Positions 25,435 to 36,022 are shown, numbered from the stretch's first letter. The stretch: 64,000 bases of DNA from Polyangia bacterium (GCA_038257535.1 JBBSJE010000003.1:1436-65435), one strand, 5' to 3'. A program made the numbers and translations. The notes: generated from the letters alone by a model not told the origin.

Positions 25435-26826
25435 ATGAGCCAACTACTCAGCAGTGCAATGTCCGGTTCCAGTCTTGTCTCCCTGGCCTCAGCGGGGGGG
25501 CTTGATTTAACCCGCCACTGGGCCGGCTACGTGGCCCTGGCGTGCTTCGTGATCGCTTACGCACTGGTAATGGCGGAGGAGTTCACCAAGCTTAAAAAGT
25601 CGGGGCCTGTGATTTTGGCTGCCGGATTCATCTGGGCCATGTTGGCGTTCGTCAACCGCGGCACCGAACACGCCGAGCTCGTTGAGCAATCAGTTCGCCA
25701 TGCGGTGCTTGAGTACAGCGAGATCCTGCTGTTCTTGCTTACCGCCATGGCCTACATCAACGCCATGACCGACCGAGGGATCTTCGATGCCCTTCGCGTG
25801 AATTTGATCCGCCGACGGTATTCCTACCGCAAGCTGTTTTGGATCACAGGCGTTGCCGCGTTCTTCATGTCGGCGATCTTCGATAACCTAACAACCGCTT
25901 TGGTGCTGGGGGCCGTGGTGTGTTCCGTGGGGCGGGGCAACCAGCGCTTCATCCAAATTGGTTGCATCAACATCGTGGTCGCAGCCAACGCAGGCGGCGC
26001 CTTCAGCCCGTTTGGCGACATCACCACGTTGATGGTGTGGCAAAAGGGTGTCTTGGCTTTCGGCGAGTTCTTTAACCTGTTCGTGCCTTCCGTGGTGAAC
26101 TATGTGCTGCCCGCCGTCGCGATGGGCTTGGCGGTGCCCAAAGGTGTGCCAGAGGCCGATGCGGATGAAGTGATGCTCAAGCCGGGCGCCTGGCAAGTGT
26201 TGGGCTTGTTCTTGTTGACCATCGCCACCGCGGTCACGTTCCACAGCGTCCTGGGCATTCCCCCCTTCTTGGGCATGGTGACGGGTTTGGGTATGCTGCA
26301 GGTGTTTGGCTACTACCTTGAGGTGTCAGGCAAGCGGTCACGCAACAGCCGCGGAGACAAAAACTCTCAGCTGGGCGACGTGGTGGCTTTCGACACCTTC
26401 CGATTCATCGAGCGCGCCGAGTGGGACACACTGCTGTTTTTCTACGGAGTGATCTTGTGCGTGGCTGGCTTGGGCTTCGTGGGCTACCTGTCCATGGTGT
26501 CGCACACGCTTTACGAAGGGTGGAGCCCCACGATGGCCAACGTGACCCTGGGTGTCATGTCAGCGGTCATCGACAACATTCCCATTATGGCGGCTGTGCT
26601 GCAGATGAACCCTGCAATGTCTGACGGCCAATGGCTGATGATCACCTTGACCGCTGGCGTGGGCGGCAGCTTGCTGTCAGTGGGCTCAGCCGCTGGTGTG
26701 GCGCTGATGGGGCAATCGAAGCACAACTACACGTTCTTCAAACATCTGATGTGGACGCCCGTCATTGCCTTGGGCTACTTCGCCAGCATATGGGTGCATA
26801 TGCTGATCAACGCGAAGATGTTCTAA
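25435..26826 (+). CDS. nhaD: NhaD-type Na+/H+ antiporter (ArsB/NhaD permease superfamily)
   Basis: ORF 25333..26826 trimmed to ATG 25435. It has about 12 TM segments. The family-like motifs are FFMSAIFDNLTTALV, AANAGGAFSPFGDITTLMVW and MSAVIDNIPIMAAVL. Confidence 0.75.
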   Translation: MSQLLSSAMSGSSLVSLASAGGLDLTRHWAGYVALACFVIAYALVMAEEFTKLKKSGPVILAAGFIWAMLAFVNRGTEHAELVEQSVRHAVLEYSEILLFLLTAMAYINAMTDRGIFDALRVNLIRRRYSYRKLFWITGVAAFFMSAIFDNLTTALVLGAVVCSVGRGNQRFIQIGCINIVVAANAGGAFSPFGDITTLMVWQKGVLAFGEFFNLFVPSVVNYVLPAVAMGLAVPKGVPEADADEVMLKPGAWQVLGLFLLTIATAVTFHSVLGIPPFLGMVTGLGMLQVFGYYLEVSGKRSRNSRGDKNSQLGDVVAFDTFRFIERAEWDTLLFFYGVILCVAGLGFVGYLSMVSHTLYEGWSPTMANVTLGVMSAVIDNIPIMAAVLQMNPAMSDGQWLMITLTAGVGGSLLSVGSAAGVALMGQSKHNYTFFKHLMWTPVIALGYFASIWVHMLINAKMF

Positions 26827-28184
26827 GAGCTTTTCACAACCGGCGTAAGCCTCACTTCGATGCGGCGATTGCGTGCGGCGTTCTTGCTGCGTGGTCGATA
26901 CTGCGAGAACGCCGCCGCGGACACTTTCTCCGGTGCCATCCCCACCTCTTCCACCAAATAGCGAACAACGCTTACGGCACGGGCTGCTGACAACTCCCAA
27001 TTGGTGGCGAAGTCGCCGCGTTTCAACGGGCGATCGTCGGTGTGGGCGCCGATCGTGATTTGTTTGTCTTCAACCTCTTTGAGAACCTTGCCCACGCGGG
27101 CCAACACGCGGTAGCCCACCAAAGAAAGCTCAGCGCGCCCTTTGTCGAACATCACATCGTCAACAAGGCTCAAAGACACCTCGCGCCCAGCGGTTTCGAT
27201 GTCGCCTTCTTTGTCAGACAGCTGACCCTTCAAGTTGGCAATCAGTTTTTGGTCTTCAGAGGAGGTGGTCTCGTTGGCGGCCACCTCGGCCTTCAGACCC
27301 GTTAAATCACCTTCGGCCGCCTTCGCCCGTTGCTCCGCAGCGGCCACCGCTTGTTGGGCTTGCGAAGCGAGTTCGCGCTCGTGCGCGGTGGCGTCGAGCA
27401 AGCGCTGACGCTCTTCAAGGCCCAAGGAGATGCCCGCGGCCAAGGCCGAAAACCCCAACACGGCCATCAACCAACCGATGCGACCGCGGCGACGGATGGC
27501 GCGCAGCTTCGCAATGGGCAACGTTTCGGTCTCGTAGGGATCTACGCCGCCGCGCTTTTTCGTTTTTGCGGCCGTGCGCCCGAGCAAGCTGTCGGGCGCG
27601 TGGTTGCCCCAGCTGGTGGGCGGAGGAGGCGCCCACCCCACTTGTTGCGGGGCAGAGTAGGGTTGTTGGTAACCACCCAACGCCGGCGCCTGTTCGAACG
27701 GCGCTTGCTGGGGGGCTTGCTCGAAGGGGGCTTGCTCGAAGTCTGCTTGCTCATACGCCGGCTGAGGCGGTTGGCCGTAATCGTAAGCGGCCGGGGCCAT
27801 CGATGGCGGGGACACAGCCACGGGTGGCGGCGTTGCCATCGAGATGTTGAGGTCGTCCCAAGGCGCACGTTCCACCGGGCCCAAGTTGGTGGGCGGGGGT
27901 GGCGCCGACCTGTGGGGAGGCGCTGGTGGACGCGTCGGCGTTTGCAAACGCGGCGGGGTGTATCCGGGCGCGGCTGAAGGTGTCCATTTTTGCTGCGACG
28001 CCATGGGCCTCGTCGCCGCTGGGGGCGGTGGAGGCGGCGTGGGACGCGGCGGAGGAAGCGATGGTCCTGGACCACCAGAACGGGCCGAAGCGGGTTTTGC
28101 ACCCACCTTTGGAATGCCGGGGGTCGACATGGCCCACAAGCTACCACACGGTATATCTAGGCGGTACCGTTGGTTTTGTGACAC
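26823..28184 (-). CDS. OmpA/MotB-family peptidoglycan-binding protein with a Pro-rich cytoplasmic N-terminus, one TM and a coiled coil
   Basis: The C-terminus, MFDKGRAELS...ITIGAHTDDRP........NWELSAARAVSVVRYL...RNRRIEVRL, is a canonical OmpA_C/MotB domain. The TM segment is IGWLMAVLGFSALAAGISLGL. ATG 28130 is an alternative start. Confidence 0.8.
   Translation of the reverse strand: MSQNQRYRLDIPCGSLWAMSTPGIPKVGAKPASARSGGPGPSLPPPRPTPPPPPPAATRPMASQQKWTPSAAPGYTPPRLQTPTRPPAPPHRSAPPPPTNLGPVERAPWDDLNISMATPPPVAVSPPSMAPAAYDYGQPPQPAYEQADFEQAPFEQAPQQAPFEQAPALGGYQQPYSAPQQVGWAPPPPTSWGNHAPDSLLGRTAAKTKKRGGVDPYETETLPIAKLRAIRRRGRIGWLMAVLGFSALAAGISLGLEERQRLLDATAHERELASQAQQAVAAAEQRAKAAEGDLTGLKAEVAANETTSSEDQKLIANLKGQLSDKEGDIETAGREVSLSLVDDVMFDKGRAELSLVGYRVLARVGKVLKEVEDKQITIGAHTDDRPLKRGDFATNWELSAARAVSVVRYLVEEVGMAPEKVSAAAFSQYRPRSKNAARNRRIEVRLTPVVKSS
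27685..27759 (-). repeat. About five imperfect 15-nt in-frame tandem units encoding (F/Y)EQAP-type pentapeptides
   Basis: Units ggcgcctgttcgaac / ggcgcttgctggggg / gcttgctcgaagggg / gcttgctcgaagtct / gcttgctcatacgcc. The protein reads YEQADFEQAPFEQAPQQAPFEQAP. Confidence 0.7.
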
Positions 28185-28211
28185 CCCGGCCTCATTGGCC
28201 CGCGTGCGCGC

Positions 28212-29936
28212 TTAGTCTGTGTCTTTATTCGAGATCTTCGACCACGAGTCTTTCAAAGTAATGGTGCGGTTGAACACCAAACCGCCTGGGCCCGCGGTGT
28301 GGCTGTCAACGCAGTAGTAGCCAAGGCGCTCGAATTGGAACCTCGCGCCAGGCGCGGCCGCCGCCAGGCTGGGTTCGGACATGGCGCCCTCAATCACCGT
28401 TAACGATTGGGGATTAAGATGCTTACGAAAGTCGCCCCCGAGCGCTTCGTCCATGGGGTTTTCCACCGTGAACAAGCGGTCATAGTTCCGCACCTCCGCG
28501 GGCACAGCGTGGGCCGCTGACACCCAATGCAAGGTGCCCTTGATCTTGCGCCCATCTGCTGGTGATCCGCCACGCGAGTTTGGGTCCCAGGTGCAGCGCA
28601 ATTCCACAACCTGGCCGCTTTCGTCTTTGATCACGCTTTCACATTTGATGATGCACGCGTAGCGAAGGCGAACCTCCCTGCCGGGAGCCAATCGGAACCA
28701 CTTCTTCGGGGGATCCTCGGCGAAGTCGTCGCGCTCGATGTAAAGCTCTCGGGTCAGCGGCAGCGGACGCGCTCCGTAGCTAGGATCTTCCGGGTTGTAA
28801 GCGCCCTCAAAGGTCTCTGTGTGGCCCTCGGGGAAATTTTCGAGCACCACCTTCAACGGGTTCAGCACGGTGAACACGCGAGGTGATGTGGCGTTGAGAT
28901 CTTCTCGCAGCGCGTATTCAAGCAGCGAGATGTCCACGATGCCGTCGCGTTTGGACACGCCGATGCGATCGCAAAACTTCCGCAACGCCACAGGCGTGAA
29001 GCCGCGCCGGCGCATGCCAGCCATTGTAGGCATGCGGGGATCGTCCCAGCCGTCAACGATGTTTTCCTTAACCATCTGCTGCAAACGGCGCTTGCTCAGC
29101 ACCGTGTAGCTGAGGTTCAGCTTGGCAAATTCGATTTGGCGGGGGCGCTTGTCGGCAGGGATCTCCGGAATCTGCTCCAAGTACCACTCGTAAAGCGGGC
29201 GGTGGTCTTCAAATTCCAATGTGCACACGCTGTGGGTGATGCCCTCAATGGCATCCGATTGCCCGTGCGCCCAATCGTAGGTGGGGTAGATGCACCATTT
29301 GTCACCTGTGCGGTGGTGGTGAACGCGCTTGATCCGGTACATCAACGGGTCGCGCATGTTGATGTTGGTATGCGCCATGTCGATCTTGGCGCGCAGCACG
29401 TGGGCGCCATCGGCAAACTCGCCGGCGCGCATGCGAGCAAACAGATCCAGGTTCTCTTGCACGCTGCGGCTGCGAAACTGGCTCTCTACGCCGGGCTTGT
29501 AGAAGTTGCCCCGGGTGTCTCTTATTTGTTCTAGGGTTTGGCTATCAACGTAGGCCTTGCCCTCTTTGATCAAGTACACCGCCCAGCTGTAGAGCTGCTC
29601 GAAATAGTCGGATGCGAAAAAAAGATCCGCCCACTCGAAGCCCATCCATCTGATGTCGTCTTGAATGGCGTTGACATATTCAACGTCTTCCGTCGCTGGA
29701 TTTGTGTCGTCGAAACGAAGGTTGCATTTGCCCGTGGCCACCTTCTGAGACAGCGGAAAGTTCAGGCAAATGGATTTGGCGTGCCCGATGTGAAGATAGC
29801 CGTTGGGTTCAGGCGGGAATCGCGTGACCACGCGGCCCTGGGTGCGGCCTGTGCGCAGGTCGTCGTCGACCATGTCAGCCACAAAGTTGCTGGGGTTGGC
29901 GTCGCTGGTGTCGGGGGTGTCTGAAGGCGCGGTCAT
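28212..29936 (-). CDS. glnS: Glutamine--tRNA ligase
   Basis: RFPPEPNGYLHIGHAKSICLNF (HIGH motif) and LSKR (KMSKS-type motif), with the typical GlnRS length and C-terminal anticodon-binding barrels. Confidence 0.93.
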   Translation of the reverse strand: MTAPSDTPDTSDANPSNFVADMVDDDLRTGRTQGRVVTRFPPEPNGYLHIGHAKSICLNFPLSQKVATGKCNLRFDDTNPATEDVEYVNAIQDDIRWMGFEWADLFFASDYFEQLYSWAVYLIKEGKAYVDSQTLEQIRDTRGNFYKPGVESQFRSRSVQENLDLFARMRAGEFADGAHVLRAKIDMAHTNINMRDPLMYRIKRVHHHRTGDKWCIYPTYDWAHGQSDAIEGITHSVCTLEFEDHRPLYEWYLEQIPEIPADKRPRQIEFAKLNLSYTVLSKRRLQQMVKENIVDGWDDPRMPTMAGMRRRGFTPVALRKFCDRIGVSKRDGIVDISLLEYALREDLNATSPRVFTVLNPLKVVLENFPEGHTETFEGAYNPEDPSYGARPLPLTRELYIERDDFAEDPPKKWFRLAPGREVRLRYACIIKCESVIKDESGQVVELRCTWDPNSRGGSPADGRKIKGTLHWVSAAHAVPAEVRNYDRLFTVENPMDEALGGDFRKHLNPQSLTVIEGAMSEPSLAAAAPGARFQFERLGYYCVDSHTAGPGGLVFNRTITLKDSWSKISNKDTD

Positions 29937-30104
29937 GGTGCAAATCCTCCCTTACCATATACCGAGAGCGCCTGGCTTGCTGCGTCTTGGGTCCCCGGGG
30001 CGTACACAGCAAAACCGGCCGATCGCGCCAGTCACCCCCCTGATACCGGTGCCAGGTCTGCTATCGTTGAAAACTTTTTCGGGCCCCTCGCCGAAGTCCC
30101 TCCC

Positions 30105-31163
30105 ATGCGACCCATCAACAACCTACGCGTAAAAGATTACCGCCTGTTGGCGTCTCCCTCCGAAATCGTGGCCGAAATCCCCATGACTGACGCCGCCGCC
30201 GAAACGGTGGCCACCAGCCGCGAAGAGGTTCGCCAGCTGATTCATGGCCAAGACCCCCGGCTGCTGGTCGTGGTGGGCCCTTGCAGCATTCACGATCTGG
30301 GTATGGCCGAGGAGTACGCGGGCTTCATCGCACAAGCCCGTCGCGAATACGCTCAGGCGCTGGTGGTTTTGATGCGGGTCTATTTTGAAAAACCCCGCAC
30401 CACCGTGGGGTGGAAGGGCCTCATCAACGACCCGCATCTGGATGGTTCCTACGACGTGGAAACCGGATTGCGCATGGGGCGAGGCTTGCTCGTGAAATTG
30501 GCGGATCAAGGCATTCCCGCGGCGTCTGAAGTTTTGGATCCCATCTCCCCGCAGTACGTGGCGGAAACCATGGCGTGGGCCGCGATTGGCGCGCGCACAG
30601 TGGAAAGCCAAACCCATCGTGAAATGGCCTCAGGTTTGTCGATGCCCATCGGGCTGAAGAACGGCACCGATGGCTCACTGCAAACAGCGCTTAACGCGAT
30701 GAAGTCGGCGGGCCAGCCTCACCATTTCCTGGGCGTCGAGGCCTCGGGTCGCGTGGCGATTGTGGCCACCACGGGCAATCCAGATACGCATCTGGTGTTG
30801 CGGGGCGGCCTTGCGGGGCCCAACTACGACGAGAACCAGGTTTGTGCCGCCGCGTCTGAATTGCGCAAGGCCGGGCTGCCTTCACGCGTGATGATCGATT
30901 GCAGCCACGACAACAGCGCCAAAGATTACACCCGGCAATCCCTGGTGATGGACGACATTGCGCAACAGATTGCTCGTCACAACAACATCTTGGGTGTGAT
31001 GATCGAATCGAATTTGGTGGCTGGCAAACAGGCGTTTCCACCGGCCCCGGGCACCAGCTTGCGCTATGGCCAAAGCATTACGGATGGCTGCGTGGATCTG
31101 CCCACCACCCGCGGCATGCTTGAGCAGCTGGCCAACGCGATTGTGAAGCGCCCAGCCGCTTAG
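30105..31163 (+). CDS. aroG: 3-deoxy-7-phosphoheptulonate (DAHP) synthase, class I
   Basis: LVVVGPCSIHD, VYFEKPRTTVGWKGLINDP and IDCSHDNS. It is 352 aa long. Isozyme specificity cannot be told from the sequence. Confidence 0.9.
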   Translation: MRPINNLRVKDYRLLASPSEIVAEIPMTDAAAETVATSREEVRQLIHGQDPRLLVVVGPCSIHDLGMAEEYAGFIAQARREYAQALVVLMRVYFEKPRTTVGWKGLINDPHLDGSYDVETGLRMGRGLLVKLADQGIPAASEVLDPISPQYVAETMAWAAIGARTVESQTHREMASGLSMPIGLKNGTDGSLQTALNAMKSAGQPHHFLGVEASGRVAIVATTGNPDTHLVLRGGLAGPNYDENQVCAAASELRKAGLPSRVMIDCSHDNSAKDYTRQSLVMDDIAQQIARHNNILGVMIESNLVAGKQAFPPAPGTSLRYGQSITDGCVDLPTTRGMLEQLANAIVKRPAA

Positions 31164-31310
31164 GCGGGCCCAACGTGCAAGGCAGCACCCGGCCTCCCAA
31201 GGCAAGGGGGAGCCTATGGTTCCTGGCGCCGTGCCGCCGGCAACCGTGTCTGTGAACAGCCGATGCACGGCGCCCAGGAGGTTCGACGAAGTAGGAGCCC
31301 TGCGAATGCC

Positions 31311-32186
31311 CTACATCCCGAAAGTCATCTTCACAAACTGGCGGCTCGCTCGGAGGTTGTCCGGCAGGCTGCGCGCAAGCTCCGTCTTCTCTTCATACGC
31401 GAGCTCAACCGTGAGGAAGCCGGCGTAGCGGCGCGCCCACAATGCCTTGGCGATCAAACGCATATCAAGATCGCCGGCACCCAAGGACTCGGTCCAGACG
31501 TCATCTTTGCTGTTGCGCAGGTGAAGATCGCGCAGGCGATCCCCCGCTTCGTCCAAGAGAGCCAAGGGATCCTGCTTCCCACGCAGCGCCCAGTGCAGGT
31601 CCAGGCAAATACCAACCGCGGCAGTCGTGTTTTCGAGAATGTGGCGCCACTCGCGCGCCCCTGATCGCATCTCTTTGTCGTGTGCATGCACAGCGAGCTG
31701 TACGCCAACGCGCGCAAGAGCCCGTGCGAGCTGGTCGAGCGCCTGGGCCTGTAAAGTGAGCTCGTCGTCAGTCTTTTCCTTCTTGTCGTCACGAACGTCA
31801 GGATTTAAAACCACGAGCTGCAGACGCGCCGCTTTCTTCGCGCGGCGGGCCTGGGCGACGATCTGCGCGATTGTTGCCTCAACTTTCGCTGCCTCATGCA
31901 ATGTTCCGCCAGCGTAAGCTGCGGGCATCGTCAAACGGTGGTGTGCGAGCAGGGAGCCCACCTGGGCGGCGCGTTTCTCATCTTCGAACCACGAGAGCCA
32001 CCCTTGCACGGCCGTGAACCCGGCTTGCTTCGTGAGTTTAAGCGCTTCGCCCATGTGTTCATCAAGGGTCGTACCTTGTTTCGCGTAATGCTGCGACCAA
32101 ACGTACATCTGCGCAGCCACCCGCGGCTTTGCAAACACGAGTGCCCCTTGCGACAAAAGAAGCATGGCTACGAGGAGCAGGCGCAC
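31311..32186 (-). CDS. Exported sugar-phosphate isomerase/epimerase (xylose-isomerase-like TIM barrel)
   Basis: Signal peptide MRLLLVAMLLLSQGALVFA. AVHAHDKE, ICLDLHW and GFLTVELAYE have a metal-ligand-like spacing typical of the AP_endonuc_2 fold. Confidence 0.6.
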   Translation of the reverse strand: MRLLLVAMLLLSQGALVFAKPRVAAQMYVWSQHYAKQGTTLDEHMGEALKLTKQAGFTAVQGWLSWFEDEKRAAQVGSLLAHHRLTMPAAYAGGTLHEAAKVEATIAQIVAQARRAKKAARLQLVVLNPDVRDDKKEKTDDELTLQAQALDQLARALARVGVQLAVHAHDKEMRSGAREWRHILENTTAAVGICLDLHWALRGKQDPLALLDEAGDRLRDLHLRNSKDDVWTESLGAGDLDMRLIAKALWARRYAGFLTVELAYEEKTELARSLPDNLRASRQFVKMTFGM

Positions 32187-32405
32187 TTCAACAAGCTTAC
32201 CCGGTCCCGAGGGCTGCGTAAACGCAAACGCAGCTCAGCGGCCCCACAAGAAACTGGGCAACTTAGTCTCAATTCAAGACGGCTGTGAGACCTAGGGTCA
32301 TCACTCTATGCGTCCACCAGCCCAGAGGCGATCGGCTTGGGCCGGCGTTACGCTGTTCAAGTCGCCCGGACGCTTTCGCAAGGCGATCAAATCGCGGGTC
32401 GGGGT

Positions 32406-35150
32406 TTAAGGCACAACCGCCCGAAACGTCCACGCATCTGCGATTGCGGACCGCGCGTGCAGATCGAGCTGGGCCTTTCGCAACACAGCCGCAGGGTGCT
32501 TGTGAGGATCGGCAAACCCGCCTTCGTAGAGGGCTTCGGACAAAGCGCGGGCCGTTGCATCGGGCACTTGGCGCACCGCCGCGATCACCACACCCGCGCC
32601 CGCCGTGACAAAGGCGTGTGCCAAGGATAACCCCCCAGCGGTTTCATCAAGCCGGGCGCCCTCGCACGACGACAACACCACTTTGCGCGGGGCCTGCTTT
32701 AACGACAAGATGTCGCCCACCAGCAAGCGCGTGTCTTGACCCAAGAACAGTGCGCTTTGCCAGCCATCTGTGCCTGAAAACGTGCCGTGCCCTGCATAGT
32801 GAAGCAGAACGGATTTTGCCAAGGTATCGATCACCCGCTCGTGTGTGGCGTCACTTCCCGCCAAGGCCACAATCACATGGTTCGTTGAAGACAAAAGCGA
32901 CGTCACGCTTGCGGCCTCCTTGCGCGCGCCTTGCAGATCCAACTTGGGATCCGAAATCACCAGCGCCGAGGCACGCCCGGTGAGCACGCCCTGGGGCACA
33001 CAACCTTCAACGCCGTGACACACATCGAGTTGGTATTGAATGGCCGCATGCTGAGCCAGAGGTTTGCTTTTCCAGGGAAGCGAAGCAAAGTCGATCGGCC
33101 ACATGGCCGGCGGCAACACCAAACTGATGAGCTTGGCATTGGTGAGCTCGCGCTCGAACGGCGTAAGCAAGGCGGAGGACATTCGCGCGGCGTTGCTCTC
33201 GGCTGGCACATCATCAACACGTGCAAAGCGCGCGCCTTTGGGTGTCACCACAAACCCCAACAGGCCGTCGTTGGCCTGAAAATAACCCAGGACGATCTCA
33301 TCCTCGCCGGGTTTTCTTAAGGTGGCGCGCGTGACGGACGCTCCTGGTCGCAACGCGCGGTAAACCTCATCAAGCGCTTGATCAATGTCTGCCGGAACGC
33401 TGGCTGTGTCGGGCGTGGCGTTGGACGAGGGTTCCACCAGCTTGTCCACCGGCCTATCCCAATTTGCCTGCTGCAACTCGAACTGGCTGCGTAGCTGGTG
33501 ATAGTGGGCCAGCGCGGTTTCCCATTGCTGCCGGGCGGGGGCAGACAAACGTGCCACCTGCGGCGCTTGGGAGGCCAGCAACAAGGCTCGTGAACGCGCC
33601 ACGCGAACGGCATCAGCCGCGGCTGCCTGTTGCCCCATTTGCAAGAGGGTTTGCACAAGCTCCTGAACGCTTTGGCGATGATCACGGGTGAAAGCCGCCA
33701 CCCCCTGCCCCAAGGGAACCTGCCGCGCCAACCCATCAAGCGCGGCTTCCGCTTGCTGAAGGGCGGCGACGGCCAAACCACGTCGCTTACCCATCTTTAA
33801 GGCCATGCCCTGGCCCACCAAGGCCCGAAAACTTTCTTGAGCCAGTCCCAGATGTTGCGCCAAATGGTTTTCGTTTTCGAAAAACCTGAGGGCGATTTGC
33901 CATTGCCCGCGCAACAGCGCCAATCGGCCTTGGGCGTCGTGTTGCCATACCTGCAGCAAGGGGCTTTGCCCACCTTGCACCATGAGCAGCGCCTTCTGCG
34001 CGGCCATGCCGGCTTCCAAAGCACCTTGCTCCACGGCCAGCAGAAGTTGTTCGATCAGCAGGTTCCGCTGGCGAAAGGGATCCGGGCAGTTCGCCAGATC
34101 CTCCTGCGCGTGTTGCATCAAGCGCAGGGGCTCCTCAGTATGGGCAAGCCCACCTGCCAGCGCACCTTGGCCGCGCACCAGCGCCAGCAGGCTCAAAGCC
34201 AGATTGAGGCGATCATCAGAGGCGTCACACGGCGTCTCCCACGGCCCCTGCACCAAGGCCCGCTGCAAGGCCACGGCTTCATCGCTGCGGCCAATCAGCC
34301 GCAAGGCCACCGCCACATGGCGCTGGGCTGTGCGCGCCAAGGCATCACGACCCAGCTTTTGAGCGCTGTGTGCGCTGTCGCGAAACGCCGCCAGGGCTTC
34401 ACCTATGTTGCCCACCTGACTGGCGATGCCCCCTTCGTTGTACCGCAACGCCAAACGGTGTTCGGGCACAGTTTGTGTAAGCGGCAGGGCTGCCTCTATC
34501 ACGGCACGGGCGCCGGCATAGTCTTGGCGGTAATTTAAAAGGGCATACGACAAGGCCACTGCATCTTTGAGCGCCTGAGACAAAAGCCCTTCTCGCTGCG
34601 CCGCCGCCATCGAAACGCGCAACGCTTTGATGGCTCCGGGCACGTCTTGCGTTTGCAGCTTAAGCCTGGCAATGGCCGCCAGCAAACGGGGTTTCTCGAT
34701 GCCTTGTGCGTGCAGAGCCGCTTCTTGTAGGCCCACCAAGGCGCCTGAAACGTCACCTCCCTTTTGCCGACGCGCGGCCTCTTCAAGCGCAGGCAAGGGG
34801 GCATACGTGCCCAGCGCCAAACGATATTGCGAAGTGTGCGACCCATCGCCCAGCACCAGCTCCACCCACGACGCCAAGGCGGGCGCTTCAAGCCGCAACG
34901 TATAGCCTTCGTGTTGAATCTGTGCCTGGGCAAGCGGCAGCGCGCCTTGCGAGCCGCGAAGGGCCGTAAGCTGCCCGAAGCGCTGCGGCCACCACAAAAC
35001 AAGGCTGCGGTTGGATGCCGACAGCAAACACACGGGCCCCGTCACAACCGCATCACAGCCGGCGTACTGCACAGCGTGTGCGGGCAAGACGTTTGGCTTT
35101 GCAGTGGTTTTGGTGCACGAAATGCACAAACCGGCCGCAAGGCCCAACAT
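32406..35150 (-). CDS. TPR-repeat CHAT-domain (caspase-fold) protease lipoprotein
   Basis: ORF 32406..35243 trimmed to ATG 35150 (MLGLAAGLCISC lipobox). A long TPR-like helical repeat region follows. The C-terminal CHAT domain has the dyad LHYAGHG ... VVLSSCEG, with the Cys codon at about 32664-32666. Confidence 0.85.
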   Translation of the reverse strand: MLGLAAGLCISCTKTTAKPNVLPAHAVQYAGCDAVVTGPVCLLSASNRSLVLWWPQRFGQLTALRGSQGALPLAQAQIQHEGYTLRLEAPALASWVELVLGDGSHTSQYRLALGTYAPLPALEEAARRQKGGDVSGALVGLQEAALHAQGIEKPRLLAAIARLKLQTQDVPGAIKALRVSMAAAQREGLLSQALKDAVALSYALLNYRQDYAGARAVIEAALPLTQTVPEHRLALRYNEGGIASQVGNIGEALAAFRDSAHSAQKLGRDALARTAQRHVAVALRLIGRSDEAVALQRALVQGPWETPCDASDDRLNLALSLLALVRGQGALAGGLAHTEEPLRLMQHAQEDLANCPDPFRQRNLLIEQLLLAVEQGALEAGMAAQKALLMVQGGQSPLLQVWQHDAQGRLALLRGQWQIALRFFENENHLAQHLGLAQESFRALVGQGMALKMGKRRGLAVAALQQAEAALDGLARQVPLGQGVAAFTRDHRQSVQELVQTLLQMGQQAAAADAVRVARSRALLLASQAPQVARLSAPARQQWETALAHYHQLRSQFELQQANWDRPVDKLVEPSSNATPDTASVPADIDQALDEVYRALRPGASVTRATLRKPGEDEIVLGYFQANDGLLGFVVTPKGARFARVDDVPAESNAARMSSALLTPFERELTNAKLISLVLPPAMWPIDFASLPWKSKPLAQHAAIQYQLDVCHGVEGCVPQGVLTGRASALVISDPKLDLQGARKEAASVTSLLSSTNHVIVALAGSDATHERVIDTLAKSVLLHYAGHGTFSGTDGWQSALFLGQDTRLLVGDILSLKQAPRKVVLSSCEGARLDETAGGLSLAHAFVTAGAGVVIAAVRQVPDATARALSEALYEGGFADPHKHPAAVLRKAQLDLHARSAIADAWTFRAVVP

Positions 35151-35185
35151 AAGGCGCGTGACAATGGGGGCGCGAAGTGGGCGAA

Positions 35186-36022
35186 TCAAGGCGTTGTTGA
35201 AGCGTCGCTGACCACGAACACGGGAACCACGAGCTTGCGCCACGTGGGATCCATTTCGTCGCGGTTGAGGGCTTTTGAAGAGGGTTTCTCGCTGTGGGCC
35301 GAATGGATCACGAACACCAACACCCCATGCCCCGCACGGTTTGGCAGCAGCGACGACACGTTGGCCACCAACCGCATCGCGCCCGTTTGCCCCTTTTCAA
35401 AATTCACGGTCAACGGCACCCAAGGGCCGTCGGATGGAAAGCGCGCATACCCGGCAACGGCCACCGGATACGCCACCGTGGTTTGCGGCCGCAGAAGGAT
35501 TTCAAGCGGCGCGTCGGGCGTCAAACGCAGTGGCTCGGTAGACGGCGCGGCGCCACGAACGCGCGCTTCACCACCTTGCACCACCACAGAATAAGGAGGC
35601 AAAGCTTCACCCGGGGGCGCGTTTTGCCCCACCACCACGAAGATCGCCACAACCGCGGCCACCGCCAAAGCAGGCGCCCAGATCGTTAAGACACGGGCCG
35701 AACGGCGCGCGCGCGCACGCGCCAAATCGTGTTGCCCAGCGGAAGCGGAGGACAGCGCGGCCACGACGGCATCGGCCAACGCTTGATCTTGGGCGGCCGG
35801 AGGCGGGGCAAAAAGTTTTAAGGCCTCGGCCAGCTCGGGATCTTGCTGCGCGCGTCGTTGCAGGTCTTGTAGCTCGTTGGCCGACAAAGTGCCTTCCACC
35901 AACCTTTGCAAGCCCGCGTCGCACAAACGGGCATCGTCTTGCAGCAGCGCCAACTCTTCCGCACGCGCCGCGTGCAAGACAGACTGCAAGGTGGCATCGC
36001 TAGATGTGTTCTTAACCGTCAT
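35186..36022 (-). CDS. Anti-sigma factor (single TM, periplasmic C-domain)
   Basis: It has a 4-nt ATGA overlap with the upstream ECF sigma gene. The TM segment is VLTIWAPALAVAAVVAIFVVV. There is a helical cytoplasmic N-domain and no zinc-finger motif. Confidence 0.7.
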   Translation of the reverse strand: MTVKNTSSDATLQSVLHAARAEELALLQDDARLCDAGLQRLVEGTLSANELQDLQRRAQQDPELAEALKLFAPPPAAQDQALADAVVAALSSASAGQHDLARARARRSARVLTIWAPALAVAAVVAIFVVVGQNAPPGEALPPYSVVVQGGEARVRGAAPSTEPLRLTPDAPLEILLRPQTTVAYPVAVAGYARFPSDGPWVPLTVNFEKGQTGAMRLVANVSSLLPNRAGHGVLVFVIHSAHSEKPSSKALNRDEMDPTWRKLVVPVFVVSDASTTP

